A stretch of DNA of 64,000 nucleotides, taken from positions 11,123 through 75,122 of the IMG/VR virus record IMGVR_UViG_3300035190_000190; one strand, written 5' to 3'. The position numbers and the translations under genes are program-made. Below, piece after piece: positions 35,089 to 44,402 of the stretch. Numbering within the stretch: position 1 is the stretch's first letter; the number at the start of each line of letters is the position of its first letter. The notes under the pieces were generated by a model that saw only the letters and a list, made by a program, of their open reading frames with translations, ran no database searches and had not been told where the DNA came from. The DNA comes from a virus.

Positions 35089-37687
35089 CGTAATACTGTT
35101 TTAGCCAATTCCATTCAAACGTAAGCATTAGTTGATCCATATCACCAGCAACATCATTGTAGTATTCTAGTGCGTCCTGTGCACCTTGTAAACTTGATTC
35201 AGCGCAGTTACCTTCAGCTGTTGTTAACCATACGTCCAATCGATAACGACTTTCGATACTGCCTGTACGCTCTACGTCATCTTTAAGTTTAATACACTCT
35301 CTAAACGCAGTGCGCCATGTTAGCTCAGGTGTAGTATTATAATGCGCTGTAGCACTTAGTAGAGGCACTACAGCGTGTGCAGCACTCAGTGTAAAGTCTA
35401 ACCCTGTATTAGTTGTAGCCAGTGTTAACCGCTTGTTATACGCAATTACACCCATGTGTCCGTACTCTAATCCGTTTACTGGATTCTTAGCATGGAATAT
35501 GTAGTGCTTAGGGCCCTGCAAGTAGTCTGGTTGCCAATCCCAATCAAAGTCGGTGTTAACTTCTAACTTAGCAAACACAGCAAAGAACCAAGGTGTTGTG
35601 CTAGCTTCAGCGGCTGCTTTGTAAGCGTTAGCTCGACCATCGACATTTTGCACACGTTTAACTGATCTACGTGTTTGGTCTACTGTACTAATCAAATGTT
35701 CGTACCAACGTTCTGCATCTGGTTCACCATTGCTGATATAGATGATATCTAGTGCATGCTCATTAAACATAGAGTTTTTAGCAATATACGGATAATCGTA
35801 TGCTTGTGTATTGATAGCAGATTTAGCGTCTCTAGGAGCTAAAATGTAGCTATTTCCGGCTGAAAAACCAACAATTTGCCTGTCTTTTGCGTACCAAATG
35901 CTTGGGTTATACTGTACACCACGATCGTAATTAAAAAACCACGTATAAGGATGTTTAAAATCGTGCGACTTAATTGCTGCAATTAAATCGTCGCCTGTGT
36001 ACTGATGGCTAGGAATAGGTAGTCGCGGAACACGTTGTTCTTCGCAGTAGTTAATAACGTTAAACCAATCTAACAGTTCAAGTTCAACCATTTGCTGTTT
36101 AAAACTTTCTACGTGTATATAGAATGTATCACCGCGTGCTTGATTAGCACTAGGGAACACGTGTATCATTTCTTTCTGCCAGGGTTCGGGCTGCCAGCTA
36201 AAGTCAAAGCGTGCATAGTCACATAAGCTACTAATTATCCACACGTGTTCTGTTGCAGCAGTTGCCATAATACGTTTAAAGGTATCAAGGTAGTTGTCAA
36301 CATAGCGAGTTGTTTTAATATCAGGGTGTTTCTTTTGTAGTTGTTCAATTTGATCATTATCATTGCCATGATCCACAAAGTAGATGTCATGCAGGTCATC
36401 TGGTATGACAATACTTTGATCTTGTACAAAGTTTAGGTTTGGAAATTCTTCTAAGCTGTTAGCCCATGCGGATGTACGTTCAAATTCCCAACGGTTAATT
36501 AAATAGGTATCACTCCACTTTTGATGTTGCGAACCAAATACATGTGTCATATAACTTTGCCACGGTTCAGCATGCCAGGCAAAATTAAAATCATCGTAGA
36601 TGTTTTCACTGCTGACTACCCAAAACTTACTGGTCTTTGCTCGTGCTACGCAACGACGAATTGTGTCAATCATTGAATTAACATAGCGTACTCGTTGTAC
36701 CTGTGGATACTGTTCAACTAATTTTTCATATCGTGCTGTAGAACTAGCATTGCTCCGGTCAATAAAGAATATATCTAATACTTGTATTACTGGGTTATCG
36801 TGTTGTCCTATAACAGGGATATCTCCAGCAAACTTAACTTCGGTTGCACCAGGAACAGTATAGGTCAATCCGATACTAGATTGAAACTCTGAGCCAAAGT
36901 GATATATGTAGGGAGGATCCTGCGGATGTGGTACCCAACCAAAGTCTACAGTATCCGCATTAACTTCTTCTGGTATAGTCCATAAGGTACGGTCAGGTAA
37001 GGTACGTGCTACTACTACATCAATATACTTTTCTTGTGTAGCACCCGGTACGTGATATTCAGGACCGCCTACTGAATTCCACACTGTAGGGAATTTATAT
37101 ATGTAGGGTTCTTCTGCTGGATGTGGTGCCCAACTAAAGTCAAATGATTCTTTGTCTATGTTAACAGGTACCTGCCAACGGCTCATGTCACTTAAGGTAC
37201 GAGCAAAGAAATCATCTACAAACTTAACAGCAGATGCACCAGGTACACGATACTCCGGGCCGCCAATACGATCCCATCCCCACTTAACAGGAAACTGATA
37301 TATGTAAGGTGGATCTAATGGATCAGGTGCCCATCTTTGATCAATGCTAGTAGGATCTATGTTATCGGGTACATGCCAATAGTCTAAATTAGGCAGACGA
37401 TGTGTGTATGTTTCTTTATGATAGTTGTGTACTTTATCTTGTACAGTATACTTGTTAGCAAAGTGAGTGCCGCCATCCTGTTGCCATTGATTTGGCCATG
37501 TATGTATTTGATGTTGTTCCCAAGGCATTGCCTGAAAGCTAAAATCAAATCCGGTGTAATCATTTTGTCCATCGACGAACCAAAAGAACTTGGTACGACT
37601 TAAACTAGCAGCTTCCGCTAGTGTATCGGCTGGCAGTTCAAATGGAAATAAGCCAGGCTTTGGGCCTGTGTAGAACACATCAAACAT
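35069..37687 (-). CDS. 872-aa multi-repeat protein with degenerate GT-A-like modules
   Basis: Four DI(F/Y)..W..F.W.P.PW modules plus three W.P.P...PYIY.F...Y.VPGA repeats; C-terminus similar to 49670-50566. Confidence 0.6.
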   Translation of the reverse strand: MFDVFYTGPKPGLFPFELPADTLAEAASLSRTKFFWFVDGQNDYTGFDFSFQAMPWEQHQIHTWPNQWQQDGGTHFANKYTVQDKVHNYHKETYTHRLPNLDYWHVPDNIDPTSIDQRWAPDPLDPPYIYQFPVKWGWDRIGGPEYRVPGASAVKFVDDFFARTLSDMSRWQVPVNIDKESFDFSWAPHPAEEPYIYKFPTVWNSVGGPEYHVPGATQEKYIDVVVARTLPDRTLWTIPEEVNADTVDFGWVPHPQDPPYIYHFGSEFQSSIGLTYTVPGATEVKFAGDIPVIGQHDNPVIQVLDIFFIDRSNASSTARYEKLVEQYPQVQRVRYVNSMIDTIRRCVARAKTSKFWVVSSENIYDDFNFAWHAEPWQSYMTHVFGSQHQKWSDTYLINRWEFERTSAWANSLEEFPNLNFVQDQSIVIPDDLHDIYFVDHGNDNDQIEQLQKKHPDIKTTRYVDNYLDTFKRIMATAATEHVWIISSLCDYARFDFSWQPEPWQKEMIHVFPSANQARGDTFYIHVESFKQQMVELELLDWFNVINYCEEQRVPRLPIPSHQYTGDDLIAAIKSHDFKHPYTWFFNYDRGVQYNPSIWYAKDRQIVGFSAGNSYILAPRDAKSAINTQAYDYPYIAKNSMFNEHALDIIYISNGEPDAERWYEHLISTVDQTRRSVKRVQNVDGRANAYKAAAEASTTPWFFAVFAKLEVNTDFDWDWQPDYLQGPKHYIFHAKNPVNGLEYGHMGVIAYNKRLTLATTNTGLDFTLSAAHAVVPLLSATAHYNTTPELTWRTAFRECIKLKDDVERTGSIESRYRLDVWLTTAEGNCAESSLQGAQDALEYYNDVAGDMDQLMLTFEWNWLKQYYATKYTL

Positions 37688-38102
37688 CTAGTTGCTCTAC
37701 TTCAATACCCGAAGATTTAAGGAAATTAATCCCGGAATTATCGCGGTAAGCAGTAGCATAGAATACTCGTTTAATACCACTCTGATATATGAGCTTGGCA
37801 CAATCCAAGCAAGGACTATGAGTAACAAATAAATCAGCATCAAGACCAGACTCAGTACTTCTAGCCAATTTCGCAAGTGCATTAGTTTCTGCATGTAATA
37901 CCTCTGGTCTAGTTTTAATATTTCCATCTTCTAAATCATATTCACAGTTGTTGTCCCATCCACTAGGCATACCATTGTAGCCAATTGATACAATTCTATC
38001 ATCTTTAACAACAAGTGCGCCTACTTTAAGTCTACGTGCTGTGCTTAGTTCAGCGTAGATGTGTGCAGCTCGCATGTGTGCTGTTTGATGTTTAGGCTTC
38101 AT
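37680..38102 (-). CDS. dCMP deaminase
   Basis: GYNG, HAETNA, SPCLDC. Confidence 0.92.
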   Translation of the reverse strand: MKPKHQTAHMRAAHIYAELSTARRLKVGALVVKDDRIVSIGYNGMPSGWDNNCEYDLEDGNIKTRPEVLHAETNALAKLARSTESGLDADLFVTHSPCLDCAKLIYQSGIKRVFYATAYRDNSGINFLKSSGIEVEQLDV

Positions 38103-38493
38103 TTATTTCCTTGGCAATGATAGCTGCCCAACGTTCGGCATCTTGTTCTGTTACCCGTACATCGTAATGCTCTGGTGGTTCGAACACCTTATTTGTATCT
38201 TCAAATCTACCTAGTTTAATTGTATCTATCCATACAACATAGTCGGCATCAAAGATATCACGTATCTCTTTAGTAGGAGCAACAAAGTCACATATAACGT
38301 GACCGTTGCTGTCATCGGCTAACTTTTTCATACGTGTTGCTTGGCGTAGTCTACCTTCTTTGGAAAAGTCCCAATCATTGTATTTGCTTCTAACTGCATC
38401 GGCATTGTACCATATACAATCTATCAATGTTGATAGTGCGTGTGCAAGTGTAGTTTTGCCCGAGCCTGGTAGACCACAAATTAATATTCTCAT
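38092..38493 (-). CDS. short adenylylsulfate kinase-like P-loop protein
   Basis: GLPGSGKTT, NADAVR, DFSKEGR, FEPP. Confidence 0.75.
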   Translation of the reverse strand: MRILICGLPGSGKTTLAHALSTLIDCIWYNADAVRSKYNDWDFSKEGRLRQATRMKKLADDSNGHVICDFVAPTKEIRDIFDADYVVWIDTIKLGRFEDTNKVFEPPEHYDVRVTEQDAERWAAIIAKEINEA

Positions 38494-39986
38494 GATAAAA
38501 CTTTAACTCCGTATAGCTGTTCAAATCGATCTGCGTCAGCTCGATCATTTACCATCGGTTCGCCACGTATGTTTAAACTTGTATTAAGTAACATCGGACA
38601 CCCTGTCCATGTATACCATAAGCACAATAGTTCACGTATACCACTACCATCACGTGGAACAGTCTGTACACGACTTGTACCATCTATATGTATTATAGCA
38701 GGAAATTCATCAGGACGCAAGCACTTTGCAGTGGTCTGCATGTATCTGCTTGTGGCAAATCCGTTGGGCATTTCGAAATACTCATCGACAAATTCTTCAA
38801 GTATAATAGGAGCAAAGGGTCTAAACTGCTGACGACGTTTGATTTCATTTACCTTATCTTTAATATCAGGTCCACGTGGATCTGCCAGCAAACTTCTATT
38901 ACCCAATGCCCGTGGGCCAAACTCTGCGCGGCCGTTGGCAACGCCAACAATCTTGTTGGTCATTAGCTCGGATACAATATCGGTGCAAGGATAAGGGCCA
39001 CTAATATCATGGCCAAGAAAAGCATTATTCCAATTAAGTCGACCCCCGTGTGCCAATGCCGCCGCTCCAAGACTGCTACCAGCATCACCAGGATTAGGCA
39101 TAATCCATACGTTATCAAAGTATTCTCCCAAATCTCTATTAGCACTACAATTAAGCGCGACTCCGCCTGAATAGACTAGATTACTATTGGGTGCTAGCTT
39201 CATTGCCTTATACATTATATTATGTATTAAGTTTTCTGCTAATGTCTGCGCTGCATTAGCAATTTCAAATTCAGTCCACTTAGCTTGCATATCATTATCG
39301 GGCAGGCCAACATGTAGATTGTGTTTTAATGTTAGATTAAACTCATGATCAACTAGCCAAGTCGACAGTTGATCACTCAGACGTGTGGTATTTTGTTTTG
39401 CCCAGCCTGCCATGCCCATCAAGATGTATTCTTCATCTAGGGGTTTAAGTCCAACTTCTTTAGTAAATGCACTGTACATCAAACCGATGCTGTGTGGATA
39501 TAGTTGTCGCCATACTCGGGTGTATTCAGCACGGCCATTAACATACTCGGCTTTCCATATACTAATAGTATCCCATTCACCAATGGCATCGATTACCACA
39601 ACTGTTGCGCTGTCAAACGGGCTAGTTTGAAAGCCAGCCGCTGCATGACTTAAATGATGATTGTATGTATTAATAGGAAGATGATGTATCGGAGCGTCCG
39701 GTACCATCTTTTCAAGCATACCGCGTACTGTCCACGGCGTGGTTAATTCACTATATTGACCAGCGTAAAGTTGACGTGTCTTTTTAATCCAAGGTCTTTC
39801 ATAGTAGGCAATTTGGTCAGGCAAGCCATATGTTAGTGCATCTGATATCAAAGCATTGTTTAAATTTTGATCGTGTTTAATCTTACTGTAACGTTCAGCA
39901 TGACCCGCAAAGACAATGTCATCGCCTTTGATTAATGTAACTGCTGCGTCATGAAACCCAGCACTAATTCCGAGAATATTTTTCAT
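38490..39986 (-). CDS. NodU/CmcH family O-carbamoyltransferase
   Basis: HDAA, HHLSHAA, DAIGE, GGVALN, EFGPRALGNRS, FRPFAP, LNTSLN. Confidence 0.93.
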   Translation of the reverse strand: MKNILGISAGFHDAAVTLIKGDDIVFAGHAERYSKIKHDQNLNNALISDALTYGLPDQIAYYERPWIKKTRQLYAGQYSELTTPWTVRGMLEKMVPDAPIHHLPINTYNHHLSHAAAGFQTSPFDSATVVVIDAIGEWDTISIWKAEYVNGRAEYTRVWRQLYPHSIGLMYSAFTKEVGLKPLDEEYILMGMAGWAKQNTTRLSDQLSTWLVDHEFNLTLKHNLHVGLPDNDMQAKWTEFEIANAAQTLAENLIHNIMYKAMKLAPNSNLVYSGGVALNCSANRDLGEYFDNVWIMPNPGDAGSSLGAAALAHGGRLNWNNAFLGHDISGPYPCTDIVSELMTNKIVGVANGRAEFGPRALGNRSLLADPRGPDIKDKVNEIKRRQQFRPFAPIILEEFVDEYFEMPNGFATSRYMQTTAKCLRPDEFPAIIHIDGTSRVQTVPRDGSGIRELLCLWYTWTGCPMLLNTSLNIRGEPMVNDRADADRFEQLYGVKVLS

Positions 39987-40622
39987 TTAAATCCATCCCA
40001 AAGACCTAATATGTTCATAAATTTTATCCGCTACTATTGCATGCCCTTCTTCTAAAAAATGACCGCCTGGGCCTTTCGGAGTATTATATGTCCAATCCAT
40101 CATCGATTGGTTAGGCCATCCTACAAAATATTGGGTATCAATTTGAGAGGTAAGAGGTTTACATAATGATATTGTTCGTCTAACTACATCGCCAACCGAA
40201 TTAAGTACAATTAACTTCTTATTGATATGCTGTATATAAGATTGCAATAAGATTATATTTAACAGATATTGTTTATATAAGTAATCATCGGAATGATAAC
40301 GATTTATATAATCCATCAATTCTGTTCGGAATGATACTTCCCCGGTAAACATGCGACCACGATGTCCCGGCCATGTATCATATATTCCGTATTCATCAGC
40401 AAATTCAATTCGAGCAAAGTGGCTCCAAGCTACAATAATCAAATCATAATCAGCAGCATTTTCTACCACATTTCGAACCATGCTAGTGTTACCTGTAGCA
40501 GGTTTTCCTAGATTAGTTAATTCACAGGATAGTTTATTTTGTAATATGTACGGCCAGGCTTGTTTAATGTCAGCTAATTCATCGCCATACGTAAAACTAT
40601 CACCGACAGTTAATATACGCAT
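39987..40622 (-). CDS. SGNH/GDSL-like protein
   Basis: VGDSFTYG, TGN, VAWS...R.E, GGHFLEEGH. Confidence 0.65.
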   Translation of the reverse strand: MRILTVGDSFTYGDELADIKQAWPYILQNKLSCELTNLGKPATGNTSMVRNVVENAADYDLIIVAWSHFARIEFADEYGIYDTWPGHRGRMFTGEVSFRTELMDYINRYHSDDYLYKQYLLNIILLQSYIQHINKKLIVLNSVGDVVRRTISLCKPLTSQIDTQYFVGWPNQSMMDWTYNTPKGPGGHFLEEGHAIVADKIYEHIRSLGWI

Positions 40623-40723
40623 TATTTATAGATAAATGGGTCACGCTTGCGTAATTCTTTTAATTTCTTACGATAGTTTATTTCTAATTTAATTCTATTA
40701 TATAAATTCTTTAACCAATTCAT
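40622..40723 (-). CDS. 33-aa basic microprotein (not in ORF track)
   Basis: AAGGAG SD; MNWLKNLYNRIKLEINYRKKLKELRKRDPFIYK; TAATG coupling to next gene. Confidence 0.7.
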   Translation of the reverse strand: MNWLKNLYNRIKLEINYRKKLKELRKRDPFIYK

Positions 40724-41516
40724 TATAGTTCTCCTTAATGTATTTTGCAGCATCTACGTGTGCAGGCTCCAACGGATGAGTTGTAGCAAACGGATATTTA
40801 AAATCTCGTGCCCATGTGTAAAATCCTTGATTGTTTGGAAATGTTACCCACCGATCAAAATCAATTTGATTATACAGTGTGGTTATGTTTTCGTCATTCA
40901 TTAGATATGTACAGTTATTTAACAGTGCTTCGTCTACCATTGAAAATATATATGGTATCTTTTTTAACTGTAGGTATTGTTGCAACATAGTAATTTCTGT
41001 TAGCGAATTATATGTTTCCCAATATTGTGTTCTACCAACGTGTTTATAGAATGTTTTAGCAAAATCACTAGTACCTGTTTGTTTAGCTCGTAATAAATGC
41101 TTGGTATGATGTTGTAATATCAAGTGATTATCTGCTTTAAATTCTTTTTTTATATCATCTACATTGTCTATAATTGACCATGGAGTTAAATTATACCAAT
41201 GCCCCCAGCGTTCTTCTGTATCATAATTAAATCTAAATTCATATCTGCCAGGAAATGTCCAAGTTACAAATACTAATCCAACATCTTGTACACGTTCACA
41301 AACATTCATTGTGGTTCGACGAATAGCACTGTTGCTAAATCCAGGATAGGCTGCACATTCATACTGCATTCCGAAATCTTTAGCCAGCAGTGCTGGGAAA
41401 GTACTTTGACTGACTATCTGTAATGCAGGATTAGGATTAGTGGTATCTTTGTGTGTAACACTATCAGCTAATTCACTGCCGTAAGTAAAACTATCACCCC
41501 CTGCTACTAAAATCAT
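40698..41516 (-). CDS. SGNH/GDSL-like protein
   Basis: GGDSFTYG, GFSN, VTWT...R.E, THPLEPAH. Confidence 0.65.
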   Translation of the reverse strand: MILVAGGDSFTYGSELADSVTHKDTTNPNPALQIVSQSTFPALLAKDFGMQYECAAYPGFSNSAIRRTTMNVCERVQDVGLVFVTWTFPGRYEFRFNYDTEERWGHWYNLTPWSIIDNVDDIKKEFKADNHLILQHHTKHLLRAKQTGTSDFAKTFYKHVGRTQYWETYNSLTEITMLQQYLQLKKIPYIFSMVDEALLNNCTYLMNDENITTLYNQIDFDRWVTFPNNQGFYTWARDFKYPFATTHPLEPAHVDAAKYIKENYNELVKEFI

Positions 41517-42669
41517 ATCCAGTTCTCATTGTTGCTATCTGTTGTTGTTTATAATCTGCATCTGTCCAACAGTAGTCAAATATTTTCTTAACTCCGTCAA
41601 CTTCTATACTGTAGATGTCTAAATGATTACTTAATTTATCCCATATTTCAAACATGTCGGAAGTACCAAAACTCGTAACTAAATCAATTTGTCCTACTGG
41701 TAAGTATCCTAAACTTAACTTAGAATCTTGAGGATCTAAACCGTTTTCTATTAGCCAAAGTTTAAAGTCATGTTGTTCTTTATCATGCCAGGGATACTCC
41801 ATGCCTATTGCAACATCTCTAGCCCATTCAACATCAAACTCTCCACTGTAGTACTCTAAGTGTGTAATTGCTTCGCATACTGTGTCAGTTAGCTCAGGGG
41901 CGCCTTCATCGCGCCATACTTCAAATAATGTTTTACCAATTTGGGTCCAATGCATGTATACTGTACCAAATCTGCGATCATATCCGTTAGTTGAAAATCC
42001 CTGTCTATGTTCGTCAGTTAACGTATAGCGGTCTGCGTGCAAAAATGTGGTAATTTGACTAGGACGAATCCATTCAGGAATAACCACAGCTTTACGCTGA
42101 CTTAAAATAAGAGTTTCCATTTCGTGACATAAGATGTTTAATTGTCTAATAGCATACTTTGTTTCGTGATCTGCCACACAATAATATTTGCTTAAATTTG
42201 ATACTGTTCCTTGAAGGCGTTCAAAATGATTATGTAATTGATTCAATACAGTGTGCTTAGGATGAAGTCCAATTTTTAATCGATGAGAGAGATGGGCTTC
42301 AACACTATCTCCTCGCACCCGATCTTCTACTGCATACGAATCCGGAAAACGCACTGTATTAGGATGGAACCATTCTTCAATAATATAATTTTCAAGCCCG
42401 TGTTTAGTAAAGTCAAAATTATTAATTTGTTCAACTGCCGCATTGGCCGCCTCGCATAGGTATTCTAATGTGCGGGCAGTTTTAGGAAATCCCATAAAGC
42501 AATAATTTTTCTCTATTAGATTGCCGCTGATTAACAACTCCTTTAGTGCTATTAACCAATCTTTAGATAATTGTGTATTATTCGGAATAATATAATATTC
42601 TATTAGATCAGTTTTGTCTAACGGATTACGTAGAGTTACTGTTACTTTAGATTGATTGGTACCATTCAT
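41494..42669 (-). CDS. hypothetical protein
   Basis: 391-aa ORF; LNQLHNHFE...LNILCHEME His/Glu pairs suggest a metal site. Confidence 0.7.
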   Translation of the reverse strand: MNGTNQSKVTVTLRNPLDKTDLIEYYIIPNNTQLSKDWLIALKELLISGNLIEKNYCFMGFPKTARTLEYLCEAANAAVEQINNFDFTKHGLENYIIEEWFHPNTVRFPDSYAVEDRVRGDSVEAHLSHRLKIGLHPKHTVLNQLHNHFERLQGTVSNLSKYYCVADHETKYAIRQLNILCHEMETLILSQRKAVVIPEWIRPSQITTFLHADRYTLTDEHRQGFSTNGYDRRFGTVYMHWTQIGKTLFEVWRDEGAPELTDTVCEAITHLEYYSGEFDVEWARDVAIGMEYPWHDKEQHDFKLWLIENGLDPQDSKLSLGYLPVGQIDLVTSFGTSDMFEIWDKLSNHLDIYSIEVDGVKKIFDYCWTDADYKQQQIATMRTGYDFSSRG

Positions 42670-43933
42670 ATACAGCCGGTCTCTCTTTTAATATGTCTGC
42701 TAGGGTATAGGTATCTTTACGTATACTTTCTAATTGTAGCACACGAGCCTTGCCTTTTGCAAGACTTACTTTATATGTATCCTGCCACTGCTCATCGAAC
42801 GTTGGTCGTGATTTTAACTGTACAAGTATATCCTGCATAGCACCAGAAGTCTCGGGTATTAGTTCGTCTAACCATGGGTGTAATAACTCGCGTGGGAGTG
42901 CAAGTGGACTAAGGATAATATCAGGGCTAAAGCTAAAAATAACTTTAGCTAAGATGTCTACACCTTCTTTTTCAGCAAGCTGGGTAATATTTTGTACTTC
43001 GAATAATCCCGGGAGGGTAAGCGTGAAGTCAATTCGCATTTGGCGTCTGTGACCTGCGATTCTAACTCCTTCACGGAAGTTTGTAAGCCATGAATTATAG
43101 TCAAGTCCTGTTCTAATATATTCTCCAATTGCTCCAGTTCCGTCGAGGCTGGCGCAGATTTGCCAGTCACGTAGCCCAGATAGAATATCCCTATAGAGAT
43201 TGACGCCACGATAGTCGACGCGACTAAGATTTGTATTGTATCTTGCGTAAACATTTTTACCATCTCCTAGTTCAACAATGCGTCGCATGTAACGCCAATG
43301 TTGTTCGTACATTAGTGGCTCACCGCCGACCCAATATACTTCCTCAACTTGATGATCGTCGACTGCTTGAGCAAACTCCTGTTCTATTTGACTATCTTGA
43401 AATTTTGATATTTCTTCTCGTATGTCTGGCTTCATCCAATTGTTCTTTGGGTTATGCCAGTTAATCATATTATGTTGACGTTGTTCGGTTTCCCAAGCAC
43501 TTGATAACATATCACCACACATACGACATTTAAAGTTACATAAGTTACTAAATCTATAATCCCAACTTACCGGGCGCATAGTTGTGTAACCTGTTGCATC
43601 TGTTGTTTCTGTTACTTGTAAATATTTATTACCAAAGAGGCTATCAAAATAACTACGGTAAACGGATGTATTAAGCAACTTATCATTGCACACTTCACAT
43701 TCGGGTAATGTTTCGCCTGCCATCATACGTCGGCGCACTGACTTCATGTGGTCACTGTTCCAATGTTCTTCTAACGTAATCGGAATGTATTTGCCTGTGC
43801 CAGCACTAGTATCTATATACTGTTCAAAGTTCTGTGCAGGCTCGCGTGAGGCACAACACATACGCCTTTCAGTTTGAGGACTAAGATATGTATGTACCCA
43901 TGGTGCTAGGCAAAGTGTACTAGGTTTTTGCAT
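42647..43933 (-). CDS. radical SAM protein with N-terminal twitch/SPASM-like domain
   Basis: CLAPW...CC...CEVC then CNFKCRMC, GGEP, YNTN. Confidence 0.88.
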   Translation of the reverse strand: MQKPSTLCLAPWVHTYLSPQTERRMCCASREPAQNFEQYIDTSAGTGKYIPITLEEHWNSDHMKSVRRRMMAGETLPECEVCNDKLLNTSVYRSYFDSLFGNKYLQVTETTDATGYTTMRPVSWDYRFSNLCNFKCRMCGDMLSSAWETEQRQHNMINWHNPKNNWMKPDIREEISKFQDSQIEQEFAQAVDDHQVEEVYWVGGEPLMYEQHWRYMRRIVELGDGKNVYARYNTNLSRVDYRGVNLYRDILSGLRDWQICASLDGTGAIGEYIRTGLDYNSWLTNFREGVRIAGHRRQMRIDFTLTLPGLFEVQNITQLAEKEGVDILAKVIFSFSPDIILSPLALPRELLHPWLDELIPETSGAMQDILVQLKSRPTFDEQWQDTYKVSLAKGKARVLQLESIRKDTYTLADILKERPAVYEWYQSI

Positions 43934-44402
43934 TAAATATGTCTGCTACTTGTTGATGCCATGTATGATCGTAATGATGCCCTAATTTTGATAGTGGCCA
44001 CCGATCAGCATGATCCATATACGGAATTAAATCGTATAAAGTCATATCGATCAATGTTATATCTTTACACAATTGTTTAACTGTGTTTACTTGTTTGTTG
44101 AAATTTTCATGTAACCACTCGTCAGTGGCTGTATCCATAAAGTATATTCTATTAGCATCAGTAGCCAGTGACTGCGTAATCTTTCCGTGTTCTGCATATT
44201 CAAATCGGCTCCAATCAGGCCATAATACATAAACAATTGCCGGGGTATGCTCGGCTAATAGTGCAGGCATGATTCTTGCAATTAAATCACTACTACATCC
44301 AGGAACACCACAGTTAGTTGCTCCTAATAGTGCCGGCCACGCCTCATGTGGCTGAACCCCAATACCATATGTATGACTACAGCCAAATGCAAGATTATTC
44401 AT
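43920..44402 (-). CDS. SGNH/GDSL-like protein
   Basis: FGCSHTYG, VLWP...R.E, GHHY...WH. Confidence 0.6.
   Translation of the reverse strand: MNNLAFGCSHTYGIGVQPHEAWPALLGATNCGVPGCSSDLIARIMPALLAEHTPAIVYVLWPDWSRFEYAEHGKITQSLATDANRIYFMDTATDEWLHENFNKQVNTVKQLCKDITLIDMTLYDLIPYMDHADRWPLSKLGHHYDHTWHQQVADIFNAKT

Noticed and set aside
35060-35100. Terminator at the convergence of the two blocks
   Set aside because: The genes overlap by 20 nt and no hairpin is evident.
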